NCBI GenBank assembly: GCA_002104945.1
Contig: MCFH01000093.1
Location: 1-64,000, forward strand
DNA from: Piromyces finnis finn
Lineage: Eukaryota > Fungi > Neocallimastigomycota
Reading direction: 5' to 3'
Length of the DNA stretch: 64,000 nt
How positions within the stretch are numbered: the first letter of the stretch is position 1; every line of letters begins with the position of its first letter. The notes under the pieces were generated by a model. It was not told the origin of the DNA, ran no database searches, and saw only the letters and a program-made list of their open reading frames with translations. The translations under genes and the position numbers were made by a program. This document shows positions 44,387-54,788 of this stretch, piece after piece.

Positions 44387-47300
44387 TTATTTGTATTTAT
44401 ATAATAAACTATCTCTAAATATTTTCATTTTATTTTTATTCAAGTATTTAGTAAAACCATCTGCTAAATTTTCTTCTGATTTTATATATTCTAGACTGAT
44501 TTTATTTTCTTTAATTAATTCTCTTACTTTATGGTACTTAATATCAATATGTTTTGACTTTGGATTAATCGTTTCATTATTTGCGTTGTAAATAGTTGCT
44601 TGATTATCAATATTGATTTTTAAGCATTCTTCCTTTATTTTTAATTCACTAAAAATATTTCTATACCACAGAGCTTGCTTTGAGCATTCACAAAGTCCAT
44701 AATATTCTGCTTCGGCGGTTGAAGTTGATACACATTTTTGCAGTTTTGAGTACCAGCTTGTTGGTCCATTTCCCAATAAAAATACAAATCCAGTGGTAGA
44801 TTTTCTTGTTTCTTCATCTCCCCCATAGTCTGAATCTACAAAAATCTTCAAATTTAAGTTTCTTTCAAAACGGATTCCATAATGAGGATTTTCTTTCAGA
44901 TATTTGAATATTTGTAATACATTCTTCCAATTTTGGATAGTAGGATTTTGTGAGAACCTAGATGCTTTGGTTACTGAAAATAAGATATCTGGACGAGTAC
45001 CTATGGCTAAATATAAAAGACTTCCTATTGCAGCTCTATAAGTAGTAGGGTCAAAAGGCTGATTGAGTTGTTCATCATTCTTGATTGGTGTAGTTGTCTT
45101 TGATCCTCTGCAGTTTTCTAAACCAAATTTGTGTAATATATCCTTTAAATACCTTTCTTGATGTAACAAATACCCATCTTTTAACGTTTCTACTTTGATT
45201 CCTATGATGAAATTTGCATCACCAACATCCGTGATAACATATTTCTCTTTAATTAATTTAATAGTTTTATCTATTTCTTCCTTTTTACCAGTTATTAGGA
45301 TGTCATCAACATATATTCCAACTAAACATACTAATTTATTGTTTTTGGTCTTTATAAATATGCATGGTTCGCTAACTAATTTCTGAAATCCTAGTTCAAT
45401 GAGAGTATTGCTGATGTTGTTATTCCATTCTCTTGCTGCTTGTTTTAAGCCATATAATGCTTTATTTAATTTCCATAATCCTTTTTTATACATTTTATCT
45501 CCTTCAGGTGCTTTCATATATATATCTTCCTTTAAATCTGCATACAAATATGCGGCCTTAACATCTAATTGATGGATTTTATAGTTATTAATTGCAGCTA
45601 TTCCTATTAGGATTCTTAATGAGTCTTGTTTTAGAGTAGGAGAAAAGGTCTCATTGTAGTCTTCTCCATATTCTTGTGTAAAACCTCTGGCTACAAGTCT
45701 AGCTTTGTATTTTTCTATCTCACCAGTGCTATTCCTTTTTATCTTAAATACCCATCTTGAATCAATAATATTGGCGTCTTCTGGAACTTCATCTATTCTT
45801 TTGAACACTTTTCTTTCTTTCATATTTAGCAATTCGGCTTCTATTGCTTTTATCCACTTATCCTTATCTTTTCTTTTAAATATATCATTATAGGAATTTG
45901 GCTCCTTGATTTGTGCTATAGTTAGCGCCACTTCCTTAATTTTCTTCTTTTCTGGTTCATGTTCATGTGGCTTACTAAATTTTTCTTCTATGACATCTTC
46001 ACTTGGAACAAGTTTCCGCTTTCTTGGGAATTTTTCTTCCTTTGGTGGATGATTTTCATTTAATTTAAAATTTTTATTGGATTTTAATTTTCTATTTAGA
46101 TTTCTCTTATTCAAAAAATTTTGTTTTGATAATAACTTTTTCTTATCAAAAAATTTTTTCTTAGATTTATCTTTATTGATTGGATCTTTAATTTCATTTT
46201 TATTTTTTAAATTTCTCAAATTATATTCCTTTTTATTTTGATTATTTAAATTACTTTCTTTTTCATCAGAAATATTTTTAAATTTGGACTTTTCTTCAGG
46301 AATATTGATATTTTCTTTATTCAAATTTCTTCTTATTTCATTCTCATTAATAGGTATGTAATTTTTCTTATAATATTCTTCATTCTTATAATTTACTTTT
46401 ACATTTGAATAATTATTTTCTATTTCTTTTCTATTATTTTTATTTATATTATTTTTGACACTCTCAATATTTTCAAAATCAATTTTCTTTCTTGTTCCTA
46501 AATCAATGTCAGGACTCAGGATATTTAAAAAATCATTATTGTCAATTTCTCCAGTTAAATCATTTATCTCCATTTCTGATGGTGTTTTTAATACTTCTTC
46601 AATTAATTCATTTTTATTTACAATGTCTGAATTTTCTTCTATAAAATAAACATTTCCTTTTGCATTCAGGTATTTATTATTCCTTTTATTATCCTTTGAT
46701 ATATTTGAATTGTCTTTACTGTTTATATTTTTATTTTTCTTGTCGTCATTTCTCTTTATATTCACTTCTTTAATTTCACAAATTTCAGTTTCGTCAGCAC
46801 TATTATATTTTAAATTATTATATTTTAAATTATTTTCTTCCAAGGTAAAGTTATTTATATTGCCGTCGTTACTTCCTGAAATGTCATTATTGTTTTCTTT
46901 TTCTTTATTGGTTTCACTTACAGATTCCATTGAAGTACTTATTTTAATTTCTTTATTTTCTTCCATTTCTTCAATTTTCTGGTAATTATTTTTGTTCAAA
47001 CGTTCTTTTTTCTTTTCTTTTAGTTTAATATAGTCTAAGAGATTTAAGTCTTCTTCTTCTGAGTCTTCTATACTCATATTACTATCATTAGTGTCCTCGC
47101 AGACTTGCATAAAACTTTCAGAACTATTATTTTTTTCTTTATTTAATAGTGACGTGAGCTTATCCAGCTTTTCTTCTATATTTCTAAATTTTTCTTCATA
47201 ATTTACTTCTTTTAAGTCTTCTTTATTACTAGTTTTATCATTGAGTGTTTCTAGGTTTTCATTCATTAATTTATCATTTTCATTTGAAATGTCCTTTTCT

Positions 47301-49840
47301 TTTTTGTCTTTATTGTTATTGTTTTCATTTTCTTTATCATACATATAATTAAAGTTCCTTACTTGAAAAGTTTCTGTATCTTGACTATATGTTTCATTAT
47401 TATTTTCTTTTTCTAAATTATAATTGTAGTCACCAGGTTCTTCTTCTAAAAAACCTACGACTCTTTTCACTTTAATTTTCCTTGATTTTATGTCGAATAT
47501 TCTGTATCCTACTGAAGATTCATCATATCCGATAAAGATTCCCTCCTTAGTTTTGTCTTGAAATTTTGGAATGTTACTGTCATCTAAATAATACACTTTA
47601 CATCCAAATACTCTTAAATTTTTATAATCAACTTTTCTGTTGTACATTAATTCAAATGGTATTTCACCATTAATTCCACTGTGCGGAACTCGATTATGAA
47701 CATAGTTCGCTGTTTTCACAGCATCTTCCCAAAAGCGACGACATAACCTTGCGTCCATTAACATTGCAGTAGCAGTTTTTATTAACTTTCCATTGAATCT
47801 TTCTGCTCTTCCATTCTGCTCCGGATTTCCAGGGACGGTGAATTGTTGAGTTATTCCATATTCGTTACATAACTCCTTGAAGTTATTAGAAGTGAATTCA
47901 GTTCCATTATCGCTTCTAAGATATTTTACTTTGGATGATAATTCATTAGTAGTTTTATTCAGCCAATTTCCAAATTCTTTGAAAACATCACTTTTATTCT
48001 TGACAAATATTACCCATCCATATCGACTGTAATCATCTAAGATACTTAAAAAATATACGTTGTCATGAATTGATGGTGTGATTGGACCTACCAAATCGAT
48101 GTGTACTAGTTCCAAAACACTTGATGCTCTACTATCTGACCTTTTATGAGGGATTTCTTTCATTTTGCTTCTCATGCATATTGTACAATTGTGAATATTG
48201 TTCTTTTCATCATTATTGTTGAAATTCAGATGCCCTATTCTTCTATGCCAGTATTCACCATTGTTTCGTACATTATCGCACATTGAGTAATTATTAACTA
48301 CATTACCTTCTTTGATGTACAAATTGAATACATCATATTCATTTGCTTTAACTTCGTATACATTATCTGTTTTCTTATCTTTTATATATGCAAATACATT
48401 ATTGTTCTTCTCATCAAAGATTATTTGGTAGCCACTTTTAACTAACTTGGCAACAGAAATTAAATTTCGTTTTACATCTGGGATGTACATTACATCTTCT
48501 AATTTTATTGGTTCTTCATTAATAGATCCATTTACTTCACCCATATGTGTTGACTTTGTAGTCGCTCCATTTGCATAATTGATTGGTTCTACATGTTCAA
48601 AAACATTTTTGAGAATTCCTATATCTTTGGTAATATGATTAGAAGCACCAGAATCTAAAGTCCATGTAGTAAAACTTGTAGGTACATTTTCACAAGATAC
48701 GTAATTGCATGATTTATTATTACATTCATCATTGTTATTGTCAAATAATGTATTGTAATCAACTGTAAACAAATCTTGATATCCAACTTCTGGTTCAAAG
48801 TCTTCAGTGGTTTGTTTATTTACTATTTCACCTGTTGCTAAAAATGCTTCCTTGCCTTTATTTTTCTCTTTTCTTAGCCTTCTTGTAACTTCTTCTGAAA
48901 GTTCTTTTTGAATACGACATTGTTTTACAGTATGTCCTTTTTGATGACAAAAATAACATGTAATGTTTTGTTTATTTTTGTTATTCCAATTTCTTTCTTC
49001 ATTGGACTTTTCTTTTCCTTTATTTGTATTTTTATTATGATTATTACTTTGTTTGTTGCGGTAGTATTTAGTACTTTCCTTTCTTTTATCACCTTTGTAA
49101 CTACCTTCAACACTAAAGATATGTCTAATTCCGAAGGTTTCAGATTTCTCTTTCGGATCAAATTTGTTCATCTTATCTATCATTCTTGCTGTGTCCTTTT
49201 TGCATTCTTCCCAGTCTTCATGCTTAAGGACTGTGACTTTCCTATATTTTTCTGGTAAGGCTTGATACAGTAAACCAATTTTTTCTTCATCATCTATTTT
49301 CACATTTAGTTGTTCTAACTTATTAAAGTTGGAATTTAACTTATTTACAAATCTTGAGAAACTTTCTTTCGGGTCGTATTTTAAGGAGTTTGTTTCCTTA
49401 ATAAGCCTATTCTTTCTTTCTATTTTATCCCCTAAATAAATGTCTTCTAATAGTTTCCACATTTCGTAGCTTGTTAAAGACCTATCTTGGATATCTTGTT
49501 GGCAGTTTGGGCCTAAAGTATACCTAATTAAAAATTGGATATTCCTATCTGTTTTTAAGTCATCTTCGGTTACGTTCTTATCATAGTAGGTATTGATTTC
49601 AAAAGGTGCCTTTAGATATTCTTCTCCGTCGATATCCATTCCTTCGTCACTTTTGATCTTTGGGGTTTTGTTTTCATCAACCCAATCTTCAAGACCATAA
49701 TAATTTAAAATATTCCTCATAAACATTTGCCACGTTATGAAATTTTTATTGTTCAATTCATAAGTGACCTTTCCTAGCATAACGGTAGGATCGAATATAG
49801 GGATTGATCCAGTATCTCCGTTAGATTTTCTTTTTGACAT
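44387..49840 (-). CDS. Copia Gag-Pol polyprotein, 1817 aa
   Basis: Zinc knuckle CYFCHQKGHTVKQC; protease WTLDSGASNH; HHCC WHRRIGH..CTIC; integrase LVHIDLVGP..SDNGTEF..NGRAER; RT IYVDDILI; RNase H FVDSDYGG. The order PR-IN-RT-RH defines Ty1/copia. Confidence 0.97.
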   Translation of the reverse strand: MSKRKSNGDTGSIPIFDPTVMLGKVTYELNNKNFITWQMFMRNILNYYGLEDWVDENKTPKIKSDEGMDIDGEEYLKAPFEINTYYDKNVTEDDLKTDRNIQFLIRYTLGPNCQQDIQDRSLTSYEMWKLLEDIYLGDKIERKNRLIKETNSLKYDPKESFSRFVNKLNSNFNKLEQLNVKIDDEEKIGLLYQALPEKYRKVTVLKHEDWEECKKDTARMIDKMNKFDPKEKSETFGIRHIFSVEGSYKGDKRKESTKYYRNKQSNNHNKNTNKGKEKSNEERNWNNKNKQNITCYFCHQKGHTVKQCRIQKELSEEVTRRLRKEKNKGKEAFLATGEIVNKQTTEDFEPEVGYQDLFTVDYNTLFDNNNDECNNKSCNYVSCENVPTSFTTWTLDSGASNHITKDIGILKNVFEHVEPINYANGATTKSTHMGEVNGSINEEPIKLEDVMYIPDVKRNLISVAKLVKSGYQIIFDEKNNNVFAYIKDKKTDNVYEVKANEYDVFNLYIKEGNVVNNYSMCDNVRNNGEYWHRRIGHLNFNNNDEKNNIHNCTICMRSKMKEIPHKRSDSRASSVLELVHIDLVGPITPSIHDNVYFLSILDDYSRYGWVIFVKNKSDVFKEFGNWLNKTTNELSSKVKYLRSDNGTEFTSNNFKELCNEYGITQQFTVPGNPEQNGRAERFNGKLIKTATAMLMDARLCRRFWEDAVKTANYVHNRVPHSGINGEIPFELMYNRKVDYKNLRVFGCKVYYLDDSNIPKFQDKTKEGIFIGYDESSVGYRIFDIKSRKIKVKRVVGFLEEEPGDYNYNLEKENNNETYSQDTETFQVRNFNYMYDKENENNNNKDKKEKDISNENDKLMNENLETLNDKTSNKEDLKEVNYEEKFRNIEEKLDKLTSLLNKEKNNSSESFMQVCEDTNDSNMSIEDSEEEDLNLLDYIKLKEKKKERLNKNNYQKIEEMEENKEIKISTSMESVSETNKEKENNNDISGSNDGNINNFTLEENNLKYNNLKYNSADETEICEIKEVNIKRNDDKKNKNINSKDNSNISKDNKRNNKYLNAKGNVYFIEENSDIVNKNELIEEVLKTPSEMEINDLTGEIDNNDFLNILSPDIDLGTRKKIDFENIESVKNNINKNNRKEIENNYSNVKVNYKNEEYYKKNYIPINENEIRRNLNKENINIPEEKSKFKNISDEKESNLNNQNKKEYNLRNLKNKNEIKDPINKDKSKKKFFDKKKLLSKQNFLNKRNLNRKLKSNKNFKLNENHPPKEEKFPRKRKLVPSEDVIEEKFSKPHEHEPEKKKIKEVALTIAQIKEPNSYNDIFKRKDKDKWIKAIEAELLNMKERKVFKRIDEVPEDANIIDSRWVFKIKRNSTGEIEKYKARLVARGFTQEYGEDYNETFSPTLKQDSLRILIGIAAINNYKIHQLDVKAAYLYADLKEDIYMKAPEGDKMYKKGLWKLNKALYGLKQAAREWNNNISNTLIELGFQKLVSEPCIFIKTKNNKLVCLVGIYVDDILITGKKEEIDKTIKLIKEKYVITDVGDANFIIGIKVETLKDGYLLHQERYLKDILHKFGLENCRGSKTTTPIKNDEQLNQPFDPTTYRAAIGSLLYLAIGTRPDILFSVTKASRFSQNPTIQNWKNVLQIFKYLKENPHYGIRFERNLNLKIFVDSDYGGDEETRKSTTGFVFLLGNGPTSWYSKLQKCVSTSTAEAEYYGLCECSKQALWYRNIFSELKIKEECLKINIDNQATIYNANNETINPKSKHIDIKYHKVRELIKENKISLEYIKSEENLADGFTKYLNKNKMKIFRDSLLYKYK

Positions 49841-49876
49841 ATTAAAAAAAAAAACTTACTTAAATATAAGAGCAAT

Positions 49877-49890
49877 TGAGACTCTTAATC
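49877..49890 (-). promoter_or_regulatory. Primer-binding site complementary to the anticodon arm of tRNA-Lys(CUU)
   Basis: Abuts the 5' LTR. The plus strand reads (GAGCAAT)TGAGACTCTTAATC, matching the eukaryotic tRNA-Lys(CUU) anticodon arm sequence as recalled; there is no TGG start. Confidence 0.7.
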
Positions 49891-50125
49891 TGTCAGATAA
49901 ATTTAGTTTACACTTAAATTTATTTATAAAACTATTTGGGTTTTTATAATCTTTTATTTATTTATATTTATTTTATAATATAAATATTGTAACTTTCTTA
50001 AAATCTTTTTATTAAAAAATAACCAAAGAATAAAAATGTAGTACAATATTAATTTATAATTTTATAAAATACAAATACATAAAAAATACATAAAATATTA
50101 TTTTGGAATGTATTTTATTTTCACA
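49891..50125 (-). repeat. 5' LTR of copia element (235 bp)
   Basis: Identical to 44130-44364 by eye. Confidence 0.95.
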
Positions 50126-50980
50126 AAATGTTAATACAATTTTTTGTTAAGGCATTATTATTTTTATTAAAATCAAAACTTTCTCAAAGAAAAAAGAAAT
50201 ACAATTTCATTTTATAATTTTTTTTTTTCATTATATTTAATAATTCAAATTATTTATAATGTTTTTTTTTTTATTATGAACTTTATTATTAAAAATATAT
50301 TTAAAACTAAAATCTATAAATGTTACATATATATATAAATAACTTTTATTATAAAAATAAATTTTTAAAACTTTTTTTTTATAACTAAAATTAAGAAAAA
50401 GAAAAGAAAAGAATATAAAAAACATTAAGAAAAGGTTGATAATCCTTTTTTCATCATTAGATTTGGAAAAAATATATAATATATTTATTAAAGTACTTTA
50501 TTCATTTTATTTTTACATTATTACTATAGTCCTGTAATTAATATAATTCTTCATTTTATTTTTTACATTATTACCATATAATATTCAAGAAACTTTATTA
50601 AAGTAAATGAATAAAATAATATAATAAAGAAATTAAATAATAAAGTCAATATATAATAAATGTAGATTTCTTTATTAAAAAATAAATATTATCAAAGTTT
50701 TTTCATAAAAGTACACCTTCGAGAATATATATATATATTTCATAATTATATTATTATATTTAAATGAAAAAATCTTGAATTTATATACAATACAAATATT
50801 TCATAGTTTTTGACTTTATGCACTAAAATTAAAATATATTTATAATTATCATAATATCCCAAATATTAAAATAAAATAAATAAATATTTGAGTATAAATG
50901 CTAATTATTATTAATAATATTATTAATCACCTTTATAAACATATCCCTTCTTCATTTCAGTATATAACGACTTTAACATA

Positions 50981-53654
50981 ATGAACGTTGATGAAGGAAA
51001 TGAAGCTTTGTATCCAATTGCTGTGTTAATTGATGAATTAAAAAATGATGACATTTCTTTAAGATTAAATGCAATAAAAAGACTTTCTACTATTGCTCTT
51101 GCACTAGGAGCTGAAAGAACAAGAGAAGAGTTAATTCCATTTTTAGATGGTATATACAACATAAAATAGTCTTTTTTTTTTATTATTATAAATATTAATA
51201 CTTATTTAAGTTATAATATTAGTAATAATTGAATAATAATAATTGTAATTAAAAAAACTTATTAAATTAAATATTTATGTATAATTACTTATAATAAATT
51301 TTTGTGTTATTAAAAGAATCAATTGATGATGAAGATGAAGTGCTACTTGCTTTATCAGAAGAATTAGGTAATTTTATTCCTTATGTTGGGGGTGCACCAT
51401 ATGCTCATTATCTTTTAGGGCCTTTAGAAAATCTTGCAGCCATTGAAGAAACGGTTGTTAGAGACAAGGTTATTATTTAAGTAGTTACATTTTATTGATT
51501 AATTAATCTTTGGATATATATATATATCATTAATTGAGTATTAACACTAAATAATTTTTATTAAAAAAACAAAAACAAAAAACAAAAAAACACTTTAGGC
51601 TGTTGAATCGTTGAATAAAATTGTCAAAGTTTTATCAGACAAACAAATTGAAGAACATTATTATGGATTAATTGGAAGATTAACTGCCGGTGATTGGTTT
51701 ACAAGTAGAACTAGTGCTTGTGGGTTATTTACATCAGTATATCCAAGATGTACTCCAGGAATTCAAGAAGAGTTAAGAAAGTATGTAATATAAAATAAAT
51801 TTATTAATTTTTGTTAATATTTTAAATAAAAATTAAAATATTAAAATATTATAAATTTATTTTATTTCATATCATATTAAAATATTACAATGAATTGAAT
51901 TTATATTAATGAAATAAAGATTATACCGTCAATTATGTAGTGATGATACACCAATGGTTAGAAGAGCTGCTACTACTCACCTTTCTGTAGATATGAAGAT
52001 TTATTCATCTCTAATATATATATTTTGAATATAATTTAATAATCAACCATTCTTTATTATACTTTTTAAATAAAATATTTACAATTTATATATATATATA
52101 TATAAATAATTTATCAAAATATGTGTTTTATCTAGAAATTCGCTAGAGTTATACAAAAAGAATATATCCAGAGTGATGTTATTCCAATATTCAGTAATTT
52201 AACTCAAGATGAACAAGTAGGATTTCATTAAATTAACATTTTATTTCATTTTTAATAAAAAATATTATTAGAGTTTTCATTTTTTTTTTTTTTTCATATA
52301 TCTTTATTTTTCTAATAAATATTTTTATTTAATATTTTAATAAAACACTACAATCATTTTTTTATTATTAATATTATTATTAATTCTATAACAACAACAA
52401 TTATTTTATTACTACTAATCAGGATTCTGTTCGTCTCTTAACTATTGAAGTAATGGTATCAATTGCGGAAACTCTTGAGAAAGATGAATATAAAACTAGT
52501 TTATTAGAAACATTTAAATGTTTATGTAATGATAGATCATGGAGAGTTCGTTATATGGTTGCTGATAATTATACAAAAGTAAGTTGAAAATTTATATATA
52601 AAAACAAAAGTTGTTAAATGTTATAACATTAATTTAATCTTTTTTTATTTTGTTTTACTAAATATATATTTATACTAGATATGTAAAGCTTTTAATTTAA
52701 ATGTAATAAAAGATATTATTGAATCTGAATATAATAATTTATTAAGATATTCAGAAGCAGAAGTTAGAGCAGCAGCTATCGGTCAAATTCCAGGTATTCT
52801 ATTTATAATAATATATATATGCTATTTATTTATTTAATAATAATACATATATCCTATATTTTATATGCTTTATATTTTTTTATTATTTTATTGTATTATT
52901 ACTTTTATTTATTTATTCTTTATTATTAATATAATACATATACTATAAAATGATAATAAAAAAATTAGATTACTTTAAACTTATTAGCGCAGATACAATT
53001 ATTAATGATCATATTCCAGTTCTAAAAGATTTAGTTCAAGATCCTTCACAACATGTTCGTTCTTCATTAGCAGAAAAATCAACATTTATTTGCTCATTTA
53101 TTGGAAAAGAAAAGTAAGACTATCCTATTTTTATATATATATATATTTTTTTATATATTTTTATATATAACTAACAATAAATACATTATATCTTTTTTTC
53201 TTATAAGGACGGTTGAACTTTTATTGCCAATATTTTTACAATTATTAAAGGATGAAGTTCCAGAAGTTAGATTAAATATTATTTCTAATGTTGAACAAAT
53301 CAATAAAGGTGAGCTATAAAATAATTTTTTAAATAAAATAAATCAAAATGAGATAGTTCAATTATTAACATAATATCTATAATATCTATTATATATATAT
53401 ATAATATAATATATAATATGATATGATATATAATATAAATTTCTATTATATATAATGTTTCTATTGATTAAGTTATTGGTGTTGAACTTCTTTCTCAATC
53501 TATTTTACCAGCAATTGTTAGCTTATCTGAAGATAAGCAATGGAGAGTAAGAATGGCTATTATTGAAGTAATTCCAACTATTGCTAAACAACTTGTAATT
53601 ATTATTAACATATAATATAAACATAAGCATATATATTATTTATATTATTTTAAA

Positions 53655-53697
<43 letters not shown>

Positions 53698-54531
53698 ATT
53701 AATTCATTAACTAATTGGTTTTTCCCCTAATTTTTTTTTTCATTTAAACTTGAAAAGGGTGTTGACTTTTTCAATAAAAAATTATGTAATTTATGTATGT
53801 CATGGCTTAATGATAGTATTTATTCCGTTCGTGAAGCTGCTATTAATAATCTTTGTGAACTTACAAAAATTTTTGGTTCTGACTGGTCAAAAACCACAAT
53901 TTTCCCTCAATTATTAACCTATTCAAAAAATTCGAATTATCTTTATCGCTTAACTATGATTTTTGCTTTAACTGTAAGAGAGAATATATATACTATATTT
54001 ATTATTATGTAAAAAAAAAAAAAAATATAATATATATATAATTTAAAAATTTAAAATATTAAACCATTTATTTTATACACCACTATATTTTAATATTAAT
54101 TATTAATAGAAATTTGCTTTTAATGTATCCCCAGATTTAATAAAGGGTGTTATCATTACTACAATCAATTCATTAGCTTCCGATCCAATTCCAAATATTC
54201 GTTTTAATGTTGCAAAATGCTTTGAAATTTTAGCTCCATTAATGACCACTCCTGAATTAATTACTATGAAAAATGATATTTTAAAACCAACTTTAAAAAT
54301 CTTAAATGAAGATCCTGATAATGATGTTAGATATTATGCAAGTCAAGCTTTAGTCGTTGGTAAATTTCTATAAAAAAAAAAAAAAAAAAAGAAAAAAATA
54401 TAAAATAATAAAATTATTGATTTATTATTTAAATTAATAATAGAAAAAACTAATTATTTATATATATATATATCTTTTATATATTATGCTATTGCTTATT
54501 TAAATAAATAATCTTTATAGTTTCTCAATAA
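50981..54531 (+). CDS. TPD3: Protein phosphatase 2A scaffold (A/PR65) subunit, HEAT repeats, about 13 exons
   Basis: [46 protein letters not shown]; [14 protein letters not shown]; [11 protein letters not shown]; [10 protein letters not shown]; DEQDSVRLL; SWRVRYMVA; [13 protein letters not shown]; [12 protein letters not shown]; [12 protein letters not shown]; [10 protein letters not shown], all characteristic of PPP2R1A/Tpd3. Confidence 0.93.
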
Positions 54532-54788
54532 TATAATTAAAATATAATAATTGTTATATATTATAAAAATAGTGTTAGTAATTTTGTTTTATTTTTTTTT
54601 TTAGAGCATTATATATAAATTGTATTTTTCTTTTTTTGTATTATATATATTATTTAATAATAATACTTGTATAGAAATAGAAATAAGCAATTATTAATAA
54701 AATTAGATAAAAATATATTTAAAAAATATTATGATGCATAAAATGAAAATTTTTTAAATTTATAGGTTTTAAATATTTTTTCATAACT

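Larger units (their letters stand above)
44130..50125 (-). mobile_element. Full-length, intact Ty1/copia LTR retrotransposon (5996 bp)
   Basis: Two LTRs with TG...CA termini, 5-bp target duplication AAATG (44125-44129 and 50126-50130), PPT, PBS and a single Gag-Pol ORF. Confidence 0.97.

Noticed and set aside
49850-49862. GTAAGT donor-like site just upstream of the copia Gag ATG
   Set aside because: No matching acceptor or purpose identified; common motif in this genome.
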